A stretch of DNA of 58,561 bases from Lachnoclostridium sp. GTDB lineage: Bacteria; Bacillota; Clostridia; Lachnospirales; Lachnospiraceae. The notes beneath the pieces are model-generated. The model searched no databases, had not been told where the DNA came from, and was given only the letters and a program-made list of their open reading frames with translations. Positions 1 to 10,475 of the stretch are shown here, piece by piece. The stretch is from NCBI RefSeq assembly GCF_031984325.1, contig NZ_DALZAJ010000002.1. The stretch is one strand, 5' to 3'. The translations under genes were made by a program, and so were the position numbers. Position 1 is the stretch's first letter. Every line of letters begins with the position of its first letter.

Positions 1-350
1 AAATACAAGGAATAGAAATCTTTTGACAAAATTTCCAAATTCTCATCTTACACCTTAGATAATTCTTTTTCTTATTACATTAGTTAAAATTGCTGAGAAT
101 AGAAATTTTATGAGCGAAAAAATTTATTACCTATACTTTTAACTCATTATAATTATCCAGCTGTGCTAAGATTAGTATTACTAGTTTTAAAAGAATTATT
201 ATGGCATATCGTTGCTTTGAATATGTTCAAAGTTACCCCTTTATCAAAATCCTCTTTTGATACATTATGTAATGAATATAGCATTATTTGTATCATACCA
301 TCCATTTTATTAACCATCAATATCCAATTATTAATTTACATTGTACTACA

Positions 351-383
351 AAAAAGGATGAGAGCTAAGCCTCATCCTTTTTT
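351..383. terminator. Intrinsic terminator after ileS (bidirectional shape)
   Basis: AAAAAAGGATGAG-agctaagc-CTCATCCTTTTTT hairpin with A/T tracts on both sides. Confidence 0.8.
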
Positions 384-400
384 AACTATCACTTTATTTT

Positions 401-3400
401 TTAAGCATTTACTTTCATAACCCCAAGAGTTACATCCTCACCATTTAAGTTCCACTCTTTGCTAAAGCCCTGAGCTTCTCCATAAACCACATCATCTGCA
501 AGAACGATAGAAGAGATTTCAGCAACATTTTTCTTCACAATTGCTTCTACCTTTTCATTGCCCTTTACAGACACCACAATATGATCCATTACTTCGAATC
601 CCGCATCTTTACGCATTGTCTGAACTTTACTAATTACTTCACGTACAAATCCTTCTTCAATTAACTCCTTCGTAAGGTTCGTATCAAGAACTACAGTAAT
701 ACCATAGTCACTATCTGTTACATAGCCTTCCATCTGAGCTGCATCAATTAAAAGGTCATCCTTTTCAAGAACTTCTTCTGTACCATCTAAAGTAATTGTT
801 AGAGTTCCCTTCTCATTTAATTCATCCATTGCTTCGTTACCATTTAAAGAGGATAATACTTCTTTTAATGCATTTAACTTACTTCCAAAACGACGACCAA
901 GGGTCTTAAGCTGTGGTTTAAAAGTATAAGAAGTAAAGTTACGAACATCGGAAGTAAAGATTACATTCTTCACATTCAATTCATCTTCAATAATTTCCTT
1001 ATAGAAGTCAGACATTCCTTCTACTACGCTACCATCGTTAGCTTCATGCGTTAACTCTGCTTTTACATACATCTTAGCAATTGGCTGTCTTTGCTTAATG
1101 TTTGCTGTATTTCTACATGCACGGCCAAGAACTACGATCTCAAGAACCGCTTCCATATCTGCCTCAAGCTTAGTATCGATTAACTTCGCATCCCATGTTG
1201 GGAAATCACAGAGATGAACACTTAATGGTGCATTCTTATCAATACTTCCTACAAGGTTACGGTAGATATCTTCTGCCATGAATGGAACCATAGGTGCAGA
1301 AGCCTTTGCAATCGTTACCAAAGCTGTATATAACGTCATGTAAGCATTAATCTTATCCTGCTCCATTCCCTTTGCCCAGAAACGTTCACGACCACGTCTT
1401 ACATACCAGTTACTTAATTCATCTACGAACTCCTGAAGTGCTCTAGCAGTCTCAGGGATCTTATAAGCAGCAAGGTTTTCATCTACAGTCTTAACCACTG
1501 TGTTTAACTTGCTAAGTAACCATTTATCCATAACTGGAAGTTTATCATAATCTAAAGTATATTTGGTTGCGTCAAATTGATCAATATTTGCATAAAGTAC
1601 GAAGAATGCATAGGTATTCCATAAAGTACCCATAAACTTACGCTGTCCTTCTACTACTGCTTTTCCGTGGAAACGGTTTGGTAACCAAGGGGCAGAGTTA
1701 ATATAGAAGTACCAACGAATCGCATCTGCACCATATTCTGATAACGCATCAAATGGATCCACTGCATTTCCTTTGGACTTACTCATCTTCTGGCCATTCT
1801 CATCTTGTACGTGTCCAAGAACGATAACGTTCTTATATGGAGCTTTATCAAAGATAAGAGTTGATATTGCAAGTAAGGAGTAGAACCAACCTCTCGTCTG
1901 GTCAACAGCCTCAGAGATAAAATCTGCTGGGAACTGTGCTTCAAACTTCTCTTTATTTTCAAATGGATAATGATGCTGTGCAAATGGCATTGCACCAGAA
2001 TCATACCAACAGTCAATCACTTCAGGTACACGATGCATTTCCTTTCCACAATCAGGACAGGTAATCGTTACATTATCAATGTATGGTCTATGAAGCTCAA
2101 TATCATCTGGACAATTCTTAGACATAGACTTTAATTCTTCGATGCTTCCAATTGAATGCATCTTGCCACAATCACAAGTCCAAACATTTAATGGAGTTCC
2201 CCAGTAACGGTTACGGCTGATACCCCAATCCTGAAGGTTCTCTAACCAGTCACCGAAACGTCCTTTACCAATGGTCTCAGGAATCCAGTTAATTGTATTA
2301 TTGTTTGCAATCATCTTGTCTTTCACTGCTGTCATCTTGATAAACCAGGACTCTCTTGCATAGTAGATAAGTGGTGTATCACATCTCCAGCAGAATGGAT
2401 AACTATGCTCAAATTTAAGAACCTTAAATAATTGCTTTGTTTCTCCTAATTTCTTAAGGATTCCTTCGTCACTCTTCTTACAGAACAGTCCTACAAAATC
2501 AGTCACTTCTTCCTTCATCTGGCCTTTTTCATCTACTAATTGTACGAAAGGTAATTCATAACGATTACCTACATTCGCATCGTCTGCACCAAAAGCTGGA
2601 GCAATATGAACGATACCAGTACCATCCGTTAATGTAACATAGTCAGCACAAGTTACATAGTAAGCCTTCTTGCCATTGACATTGTCACGGTTTGCTTTTT
2701 CATTTCTTGTTCCATCCGCATTGTTATATGCATAGTCAAATAGTGGATCGTATTTCATATACTCAAGATCAGATCCTTTGTAACGCTCAACTACCTTATA
2801 ATCTCCTTCAATAACGGAACATAATGCATCTGCTAAGATATAGTATTCTACACCAACTGCAGTATTTTCCTCAGTGATCTCTTCCTCACCCTTAGGGCTC
2901 TTTACAACATTACCCTTTGCATTCACTGAAACTTCTACTTTCACATAGTCTTCCTTTGGATTTACACAAAGTGCTACGTTAGATGGAAGTGTCCAAGGTG
3001 TTGTTGTCCATGCTAAGAAATACTCATTTGCAGAATCCATTACTTTAAATTTAGCGATAACGGATTTCTCTTTTACATCCTTATATCCTTGCGCTACCTC
3101 GTGAGAAGCAAGTGGTGTTCCACATCGTGGACAATAAGGCACAATTTTATAGCCTTTGTATAATAACCCTTTATCCCAGATTTGTTTTAAGGACCACCAT
3201 ACGGATTCAATATATTCATTGTGGTAAGTTACATATGGATCATCCATATCTGCCCAGAAACCAACGGTACCAGAGAAATCTTCCCACATTCCTTTGTATT
3301 TCCAAACACTTTCCTTACACTTTGTAATAAATGGCTCTAAACCATATTGTTCAATCTGCTCTTTACCATTTAACTCAAGAAGTTTTTCAACTTCAAGCTC

Positions 3401-3676
3401 TACTGGAAGACCATGAGTATCCCATCCAGCCTTTCTTGGAACCATACAACCCTTCATAGTACGGTATCTTGGAATCATATCCTTAATAACACGAGTTAAT
3501 ACGTGTCCAATGTGTGGTTTACCGTTTGCTGTTGGAGGTCCATCATAAAATGTAAATGTCTCTCCTTCTTTTCTGGAATCAATACTCTTCTCAAAGATTT
3601 CATTCTCTTTCCAGAACTTCAATACTTCTTTTTCTCTGTCAACAAAATTCAGGTTGGTTGATACCTTTTCGTACAT
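401..3676 (-). CDS. ileS: Isoleucine--tRNA ligase, type 2 (eukaryote/archaea-like)
   Basis: FYDGPPTANGKPHIGH, WTTTPWTLPSN editing domain, KMSKS; Ile T-box upstream. Confidence 0.97.
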   Translation of the reverse strand: MYEKVSTNLNFVDREKEVLKFWKENEIFEKSIDSRKEGETFTFYDGPPTANGKPHIGHVLTRVIKDMIPRYRTMKGCMVPRKAGWDTHGLPVELEVEKLLELNGKEQIEQYGLEPFITKCKESVWKYKGMWEDFSGTVGFWADMDDPYVTYHNEYIESVWWSLKQIWDKGLLYKGYKIVPYCPRCGTPLASHEVAQGYKDVKEKSVIAKFKVMDSANEYFLAWTTTPWTLPSNVALCVNPKEDYVKVEVSVNAKGNVVKSPKGEEEITEENTAVGVEYYILADALCSVIEGDYKVVERYKGSDLEYMKYDPLFDYAYNNADGTRNEKANRDNVNGKKAYYVTCADYVTLTDGTGIVHIAPAFGADDANVGNRYELPFVQLVDEKGQMKEEVTDFVGLFCKKSDEGILKKLGETKQLFKVLKFEHSYPFCWRCDTPLIYYARESWFIKMTAVKDKMIANNNTINWIPETIGKGRFGDWLENLQDWGISRNRYWGTPLNVWTCDCGKMHSIGSIEELKSMSKNCPDDIELHRPYIDNVTITCPDCGKEMHRVPEVIDCWYDSGAMPFAQHHYPFENKEKFEAQFPADFISEAVDQTRGWFYSLLAISTLIFDKAPYKNVIVLGHVQDENGQKMSKSKGNAVDPFDALSEYGADAIRWYFYINSAPWLPNRFHGKAVVEGQRKFMGTLWNTYAFFVLYANIDQFDATKYTLDYDKLPVMDKWLLSKLNTVVKTVDENLAAYKIPETARALQEFVDELSNWYVRRGRERFWAKGMEQDKINAYMTLYTALVTIAKASAPMVPFMAEDIYRNLVGSIDKNAPLSVHLCDFPTWDAKLIDTKLEADMEAVLEIVVLGRACRNTANIKQRQPIAKMYVKAELTHEANDGSVVEGMSDFYKEIIEDELNVKNVIFTSDVRNFTSYTFKPQLKTLGRRFGSKLNALKEVLSSLNGNEAMDELNEKGTLTITLDGTEEVLEKDDLLIDAAQMEGYVTDSDYGITVVLDTNLTKELIEEGFVREVISKVQTMRKDAGFEVMDHIVVSVKGNEKVEAIVKKNVAEISSIVLADDVVYGEAQGFSKEWNLNGEDVTLGVMKVNA

Positions 3677-3790
3677 GATTCATCTTCCTTTCTTATCTCT
3701 TCTATTGTTTCCTTATTTAATCGTTCGCAGTCAGTATTCGTAATCTAAAGTTCAAAAATAGATATGTCTTCGGTTTTTCTCTCCATGAAT

Positions 3791-4040
3791 TAAAAAAAGC
3801 TCCCATCCAAAACAGGATGAGAGCGGGAATGCTTCATTATACCACCTATTTCACGTACGCAGACTAAGTCTGTTATACATTATCTATATAACGGTAGAAC
3901 CCGACAACACCTACTAACTACGTTTCAATGTTGCAACTGATAAAGTGATTTTCAGAAATTCCCTACTCCTACTGCACTCACACTCTCTGCAGCTCGCTGT
4001 GATTTTTAAGAATTCTTACTCTCTTCGTCAACGTCTTTAC
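3791..4040 (-). promoter_or_regulatory. T-box riboswitch (Ile, AUC specifier)
   Basis: Stem I motifs, GAAAATCACTT with AUC at 3949-3947, AGGTGGTATAATG T-box, terminator GCTCTCATCC..GGATGGGAGC-T7. Confidence 0.88.
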
Positions 4041-4203
4041 ATATACTATTTTATTCTATCGCTTTATCAACTACTACGACAGATGTTATTTTTTCTTTAT
4101 CTTAGTATAGATTCCGTGCTTTGTCAACATCAAATTCTGATTGCCAACTTCTTCAAAGCATAAATAACACTAAGTTGAGCACATTATCCATGAGGTGATT
4201 AAT

Positions 4204-4395
4204 ATGATACCATTTTTATCGCAAACAGATGTTTATGGTGTACAAGTAATGCCCGCAATATTATTTTTAGATAACTCAATGGATAATTATCTGAACAGGT
4301 TAAACTCCAGTGAATATGAAGCCGTTATGCGTATGAAAGATACGTTTCAATCTCGTGATGATGTAGAACGTTTCGTAAACGGTCTTCGGGGCTAA
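4204..4395 (+). CDS. Small hypothetical protein (63 aa)
   Basis: RBS GAGGTG just upstream of ATG at 4204; protein-like composition; no recognisable domain. Confidence 0.65.
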   Translation: MIPFLSQTDVYGVQVMPAILFLDNSMDNYLNRLNSSEYEAVMRMKDTFQSRDDVERFVNGLRG

Positions 4396-4514
4396 TTCAT
4401 TCTGGTCACCTACACCCCTTCTGCTTGTTCCGTCCATTTTGATAACTTTCTCCTTTGTCTATTCAAACTTAAGGGACAAGCAGACAGGATTAGTAACTAT
4501 ACATCATATATAGG

Positions 4515-5888
4515 CTATTTCGTTTGATCTTCACGTTCGTCCATTGCTTCATATGCCCTACGATCATGAACACTACGATAAGCGGGACGGATAATTTTTT
4601 CTGCACTAACAAGTTCCTCTAAGCGGTGAGCACTCCATCCAACAATTCTTGCTACAGCAAACATTGGAGTATATAATTCTAATGGTAATTCAAGCATCCG
4701 ATATACAAATCCGCTATAGAAATCGACGTTCGCATTAACGCCTTTATAAATCTTTCGCTCTTCTCCAATTAATTTTGGCGCAAGTCTTTCTACAATCGTA
4801 TATAATTCAAATTCTTTTTCTTGCCCTTTTTCCACTGCAAGTTTCCCTACGAAATTCTTAAAAATATCAGCTCTTGGATCCGAAATAGAATAAACTGCAT
4901 GGCCAATACCATAAATAAGGCCGGAACGATCAAATTCTTCTTTTCTGAGGATCCTTAGTAGATAAGCCGCAATTGCTTCTTCATCTTTCCAATCACCAAT
5001 CTTACCCTTTAAGTCATCAAACATTTGCATAACTTTGATATTCGCACCACCATGTCTCGGCCCTTTTAAGGACGCTAATGCCGCTGCCATAACAGAATAA
5101 GTATCAGTTCCAGAAGATGTAACAACACGTGTAGTAAAAGAGGAGTTATTACCACCGCCATGCTCCATATGAAGTACTAAAGCTAAATCGAGTACCGCTG
5201 CTTCAAAAGGGGTGAATTGTTTATCTGGACGTAACATATATAGGATATTTTCTGCCATCGAAAACTCTTCTTTTGGCGGATGAATATGAAGACTATTCCC
5301 AATACTATGGTAATATGCATTGTAACTATACACAGCCAGCATTGGAAATTGACTTATGAGATTGAGACATTGTCTCATTACATTAGGAATTGAGGTATTT
5401 TCTGCCTCTGCATCATAAGAATAGATGGTTAGAATGCTTTTTGCGAGCGATATCATAATATCTTTGCTAGGTGCTTTCATAATAACATCGCGACAGAAAT
5501 TATGAGGCAATGACCTTCTTTGCCCTAGTTCCACTTTAAATTCATCTAATTGCTCTTTGGTAGGTAATTCTCCAAATAATAATAGATATGTAATCTCTTC
5601 AAATCCATATCTACCTTCGGATAAGAAACCATCCGTTAATTCCCTGACATCATAACCACGATAAAAAAGTCTACCATCACATGGTACCTCTTCTCCATTC
5701 ACAATATCTTTTGCATGCACTTCCGAAATATTCGTAAGCCCGGCGAGGACTCCCTTTCCGTTAAGATCTCTTAGGCCACGCTTCACATCATACTGACGGT
5801 ATAATTCTGCCGGGACCTTATCCCTGCTCGTACATATGGCAGATAACTTCTTTACCTGTGGGGTGACTTGAAAAATAACATCTTTCAT
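4515..5888 (-). CDS. gltA: Citrate synthase
   Basis: LHMEHGGGNNSSF, GPRHGGAN, GIGHAVY, ANVDFYSG catalytic motifs; GGAGG RBS. Confidence 0.95.
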   Translation of the reverse strand: MKDVIFQVTPQVKKLSAICTSRDKVPAELYRQYDVKRGLRDLNGKGVLAGLTNISEVHAKDIVNGEEVPCDGRLFYRGYDVRELTDGFLSEGRYGFEEITYLLLFGELPTKEQLDEFKVELGQRRSLPHNFCRDVIMKAPSKDIMISLAKSILTIYSYDAEAENTSIPNVMRQCLNLISQFPMLAVYSYNAYYHSIGNSLHIHPPKEEFSMAENILYMLRPDKQFTPFEAAVLDLALVLHMEHGGGNNSSFTTRVVTSSGTDTYSVMAAALASLKGPRHGGANIKVMQMFDDLKGKIGDWKDEEAIAAYLLRILRKEEFDRSGLIYGIGHAVYSISDPRADIFKNFVGKLAVEKGQEKEFELYTIVERLAPKLIGEERKIYKGVNANVDFYSGFVYRMLELPLELYTPMFAVARIVGWSAHRLEELVSAEKIIRPAYRSVHDRRAYEAMDEREDQTK

Positions 5889-5921
5889 CCAATACCTCCT
5901 TTTCGGCTTATGCCCAAGATG

Positions 5922-5983
5922 ATTAACACAGTTAACTAATTTTTAGTTAACACAAGTATTACTTATTTTTTTTTAGTTGTCAA
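5922..5983 (-). promoter_or_regulatory. sigmaA-type promoter of gltA with downstream palindromic operator
   Basis: TTGACA(5983-5978)-17 nt-AATACT; ATTAAC-N3-GTTAAC at 5922-5936 and GTTAACTAA-TTT-TTAGTTAAC at 5931-5951. Confidence 0.6.
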
Positions 5984-6189
5984 TCATTTTTCTCCAACTT
6001 TAAGAAATTATTAGAAACATAATTCTACAATTCTATGCATAGTTATAAGATGTTTTCATGAACTACTGTAATATATTATATCTTATGGTATACACTGGAA
6101 TATCGTGTTGAATCAATTTATATCGTTATTACAAACAAAAAGACCGATAGTGTTAGTGCATAAATATGCGACTATCCTATCAGTCTATC

Positions 6190-6642
6190 TTATTCCATCG
6201 ACGATACTTCCAGATCATCTTCTAATATGTTTCCCAACTTTTGAAGAGATTCAACCATTTGTGTTATTTCATCTTTTCCCATTCGTCTTCCTATTCTTAA
6301 AAACAACTTTTGAAAAACATCTTGCTCCCTTAAGAGTGCTTGTTTTCCCAATGCCGTTAGTTCGAGATAGTAAATTCGATGGTCTTTCGCATCGCTTATC
6401 TTCTGAAGATAGCCCTTTTTCTCCAAAACTGTAAGCATACGAGAGGTTGCCGGCTTCTTTGTACCAAGCTGTTCATTTAAACTAGTCGGTGTCAGTTTTT
6501 GATTTTCATCTTGCTGAGATTCTGCAATCATACTCATCGCATAAAATTCTCCAAAAGTCAAATCACTTTGCGGACGCAGCTGACTCACGACAGAGCGCAA
6601 ATGATGCATCATGATAATAAGATCACTGGGTTCCGTTTGCAT
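6190..6642 (-). CDS. MarR family transcriptional regulator
   Basis: wHTH pattern ATSRMLTVLEKKGYLQK..DAKDHRIYYLELTALG; 150 aa. Confidence 0.9.
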   Translation of the reverse strand: MQTEPSDLIIMMHHLRSVVSQLRPQSDLTFGEFYAMSMIAESQQDENQKLTPTSLNEQLGTKKPATSRMLTVLEKKGYLQKISDAKDHRIYYLELTALGKQALLREQDVFQKLFLRIGRRMGKDEITQMVESLQKLGNILEDDLEVSSME

Positions 6643-6785
6643 ATCACATAAACTCCAATTCTATTTCATTACGATAATACTTGATTATTGAAACATGATT
6701 TTTGTTTCAACAAATATGTTATACAGGTGCGTTTTTCGAACCGTCAATCTGATTACCGAAGATTTTTGTTCCGATAATATAGATT

Positions 6786-6839
6786 GTTAACATGGTTAAT
6801 TAACCAGTAGAGGATACATTATTTATCTTAACTTGTCAA
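6786..6839 (-). promoter_or_regulatory. sigmaA-type promoter of the MarR gene with operator
   Basis: TTGACA(6839-6834)-17 nt-TATCCT; ATTAAC-N3-GTTAAC (minus strand) at 6800-6786. Confidence 0.6.
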
Positions 6840-7085
6840 GGATTGTTTCTATTATGGAAGTAATCCCCTAACATAAAGTATTACAGATAGCAACAAGTTA
6901 CATATCAGTTACAATTACCCATCCATTTTAATAAAGACCGTATTGTTTGTAATCGTCGCCATGTTTCAATTTAATAAAGATAATGATATTACATTAAAAT
7001 AGAGGCACATAGAAACAAAAAGACTTTCATCTTTTGCTTCCAATGCCTCTATTTAAGTAATATTTATCTACGCTCAATCATTCGC

Positions 7086-8543
7086 TTATTCGCGTACTCT
7101 AGCATTATAGCTATCTAACAACTGATGTTTCATATGATATAATTCATTAGAAAGATCGACAAAAACATCCTGAGGGTTAACCAGACGTCTTGTTTCATCC
7201 CATAGAGTATTAAGCTCTTCCTGGCAGTAAGTTCTAATATCCATTACAGCGGGAGCTTCGTATACGCACTCACCATTTAAAAAGATAGGAGCAAGCATTT
7301 CTCTCATTTTATAGGTTCCTGGTTTTAAATAGGTCTTCTTCCAAGTTGCCATAGGATCAAAAAGCAATAACGGATTATCTTCGGAATACTTCTCCCCAAC
7401 TAAAGCAATTAAGTCTGCTTTAATCTTACCACTTTCCTTATCATAGATACGATAAATTGTTTTATTACCTGGATTGGTGATCTTCCATTGGTTTTCAGAT
7501 AACTTAATTTTAGGTATAAATACATCGTCATGCTTAATTGCAGCTAATTTATAAACCCCACCAAATGCAGGACAATCTTTGGAGGTAATTAGATTTGTTC
7601 CTACACCCCAGGAATTAATCTGTGCACCTTGTGTCTTTAGGGAATCGATCAAATATTCATCCAAATCACTGGAAGCACAGATGAAAGCTTCACTAAAACC
7701 AGCTTCATTTAACATCTTACGAGCCTTTTTAGATAAATAGGATAAATCACCGCTATCAAGACGGATTCCATAACGGCTGGTAAGCGTTCCTGCTTCTTTC
7801 ATTTCCTTGAAAACCCTTATTGCATTCGGTACACCGGAACGAAGCGTATCGTACGTATCAACTAATAATGTAACATTGTTTGGATAAAGCTCAGCATACT
7901 TACGGAATGCTGTTAACTCATCTTCAAAGCTCATAATCCAGCTATGAGCATGTGTTCCTAGAGCAGGTGTTCCAAACATTTTTGCACTTTGAACATTACT
8001 AGTACCGATACATCCTCCAATGACCGCAGCCCTGGCACCAAGAGTACCCGCATCTGGTCCTTGAGCTCTACGCAGACCGAATTCCATGACACCTTCGCCA
8101 CGTGCTGCATAGCAAACACGGGAGGCCTTAGTAGCAATTAAACTCTGGTGATTGATAATATTTAAGATTGCCGTTTCCACCAGCTGTGCCTCCATAATTG
8201 GAGCAATAACTTTTACCAGCGGTTCCATCGGAAATACTACAGATCCTTCTGGTACAGAATAAATATCACCAGAGAATTTAAAGTTTTTCAAATACTCTAA
8301 GAAATCTTCATCAAATATGCTAAGGCTACGGAAATAATCAATATCATCTTGTTCGAATCTTAAGTTCTTGATATAATCAATTACTTGTTCCAATCCACAG
8401 CAAACCGCATAACCACTTCCAGATGGGTTTGTTCGATAAAATGCATCAAAAACAACCGTGTCGTTAGTTTTATTTTTAAAATAACCTTGCATCATAGTTA
8501 GCTCATAAAAATCGGTCAACAACGTTAAATTACGTTCAGCCAT
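7086..8543 (-). CDS. pncB: Nicotinate phosphoribosyltransferase
   Basis: LLTDFYELTM, EFGLRRAQG, GTHAHSW, LVDTYD, GIRLDSGD; start moved to ATG 8543 behind AAGGAGG. Confidence 0.95.
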   Translation of the reverse strand: MAERNLTLLTDFYELTMMQGYFKNKTNDTVVFDAFYRTNPSGSGYAVCCGLEQVIDYIKNLRFEQDDIDYFRSLSIFDEDFLEYLKNFKFSGDIYSVPEGSVVFPMEPLVKVIAPIMEAQLVETAILNIINHQSLIATKASRVCYAARGEGVMEFGLRRAQGPDAGTLGARAAVIGGCIGTSNVQSAKMFGTPALGTHAHSWIMSFEDELTAFRKYAELYPNNVTLLVDTYDTLRSGVPNAIRVFKEMKEAGTLTSRYGIRLDSGDLSYLSKKARKMLNEAGFSEAFICASSDLDEYLIDSLKTQGAQINSWGVGTNLITSKDCPAFGGVYKLAAIKHDDVFIPKIKLSENQWKITNPGNKTIYRIYDKESGKIKADLIALVGEKYSEDNPLLLFDPMATWKKTYLKPGTYKMREMLAPIFLNGECVYEAPAVMDIRTYCQEELNTLWDETRRLVNPQDVFVDLSNELYHMKHQLLDSYNARVRE

Positions 8544-8579
8544 AGCGATATCCTCCTTCGCAGTCATCAAGTGCATCTT

Positions 8580-10013
8580 TTAATAAGCTTTGCCCCAATA
8601 TACTAATGTTTTAGCTTTTTTGCCACAGCATACACATGTATCAGCAATGTGTTCCTGTGCAAATGGCATACAACGTGAAGTAGCACCTGTCTTTTCCTTA
8701 ATTTCGTCTTCGCAGGCACGTTCTCCACACCACATAGCTTTTACAAATCCTGGCTTGTTAGCTACAACATCTGCAAATTCCTCTGTAGAATGTGCTTCAT
8801 AAGTATGTGCATCACGATGAGTTCTAGCACGCTCTAACATTTCTTTCTGCATAGCATCAAGAATTTCACCAATCTTTATATCGATTTCATCAAGAGAAAC
8901 TACAGTCTTCTCTCTTGTATCACGACGTACAAGAACTGCTTGATTTGCTTCAATGTCTTTTGGACCGATTTCAACACGCACTGGAATACCACGCATCTCA
9001 TGCTCAGAGAATTTCCATCCTGGACTCTTATCAGCATCATCGACCTTTACACGGAAAGCTCCAAGTTTTTCACGAAGTTCAGCCGCCTTTTCTAATACGC
9101 CTTCCTTCTTTTGCATAATTGGAACAATAACAACTTGTGTTGGAGCAATTCTTGGTGGTAATACAAGGCCACTATTATCACCATGTACCATGATTAATGC
9201 GCCAATGAGACGAGTCGTCATTCCCCATGATGTCTGGTGTACATATTGTAGTTTGTTTTCTTTATCAGTATATTGAATGTTAAAGGCTTTTGCAAATCCA
9301 TCTCCAAAGTTATGGCTGGTTCCTGATTGAAGTGCTTTACCATCATGCATCAATGCTTCAATGGTATAAGTTGCTTCAGCTCCTGCGAATTTTTCTTTGT
9401 CAGTCTTTTTACCACGAACCATAGGAATCGCTAACACTTCTTCACAGAAATCAGCATAAAGATTGAGCATTTGAATGGTTCTTTCTTCTGCTTCCTCTGC
9501 TGTAGCATGTGCTGTATGACCTTCTTGCCATAAGAACTCTAAAGTACGTAAGAATGGTCTGGTTGTTTTCTCCCAACGTACAACAGAACACCATTGATTG
9601 TATAGTTTAGGAAGATCACGATAAGATTCGATAATATGAGAATAAAAGTCACAAAATAAAGTTTCGGAGGTTGGTCTTACACATAAACGTTCTTGCAACT
9701 GCTCTCCACCACCGTGAGTAACCCAAGCAACTTCCGGTGCAAAACCCTCTACATGATCTTTTTCTTTGTTTAATAAACTCTCTGGAATAAACATAGGCAT
9801 GTAAACATTCTCTACTCCAGTTGCCTTAAATCTAGCATCTAATTCCTTTTGGATATTCTCCCAAATAGCATATCCTGCTGGACGGAAAATAGTACATCCT
9901 CTTACTCCAGAATAATCTACAAGTTCAGCTTTTTTTACTACATCCGTATACCATTGAGCAAAATCTTCATCCATAGAGGTAATGGATTCTACTAATTTCT
10001 TATCGTTTGCCAT
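8580..10013 (-). CDS. proS: Proline--tRNA ligase (archaeal/eukaryotic type, no INS editing domain)
   Basis: [36 protein letters not shown]-terminal Zn-binding Cys and terminal Tyr; Pro T-box upstream. Confidence 0.97.
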   Translation of the reverse strand: MANDKKLVESITSMDEDFAQWYTDVVKKAELVDYSGVRGCTIFRPAGYAIWENIQKELDARFKATGVENVYMPMFIPESLLNKEKDHVEGFAPEVAWVTHGGGEQLQERLCVRPTSETLFCDFYSHIIESYRDLPKLYNQWCSVVRWEKTTRPFLRTLEFLWQEGHTAHATAEEAEERTIQMLNLYADFCEEVLAIPMVRGKKTDKEKFAGAEATYTIEALMHDGKALQSGTSHNFGDGFAKAFNIQYTDKENKLQYVHQTSWGMTTRLIGALIMVHGDNSGLVLPPRIAPTQVVIVPIMQKKEGVLEKAAELREKLGAFRVKVDDADKSPGWKFSEHEMRGIPVRVEIGPKDIEANQAVLVRRDTREKTVVSLDEIDIKIGEILDAMQKEMLERARTHRDAHTYEAHSTEEFADVVANKPGFVKAMWCGERACEDEIKEKTGATSRCMPFAQEHIADTCVCCGKKAKTLVYWGKAY

Positions 10014-10099
10014 AATCATTCTCCTTTTTTAATTTCTTATAAATCAAGTGGACTCGCCACTTTCCACAGGTCTTAATCTTTTGGGAAAAGCACCTTTAA

Positions 10100-10352
10100 A
10101 TAAAAAAAAGGCCCCTTAAAACAAGGGACCGAAAACTTCGGTGGTACCACCCAAATTAATTGCTTGCGCAATTCACTCCTATCGTTAACGCCGATTTACG
10201 CTGTATTTTATACGATATGATAATATCATCTCATATGCTATATTTATAGCGTACAGTGCTCCGAGGTAGGTTCTATTCGGTTTCATAAGAGTTTCCACCA
10301 ACCACTCTCTCTCTAAAATGACTTCCCGATATACTATTCCTCTTCATCGCAA
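10100..10352 (-). promoter_or_regulatory. T-box riboswitch (Pro, CCU specifier)
   Basis: GAACCTACC specifier (CCU at 10270-10268), GGGTGGTACCACC T-box, terminator GGTCCCTT..AAGGGGCC-T8. Confidence 0.92.
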
Positions 10353-10475
10353 ATTTCTATGCATTGCACAGAATGTAGATTACCATGATTTTATGCTACA
10401 TACTGGTTTTTGTCAAGAATGATTTTTAGCAAACGTATCGTTCCCCTTATTAAGCATAAATTCTTATATAACAGC

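Noticed and set aside
163..420. 85-aa plus-strand ORF
   Set aside because: No RBS, runs through the ileS terminator into ileS, and has stops upstream in frame; likely spurious
3945..4163. 72-aa ORF antisense to the ileS leader
   Set aside because: Overlaps the T-box RNA; no coding signals
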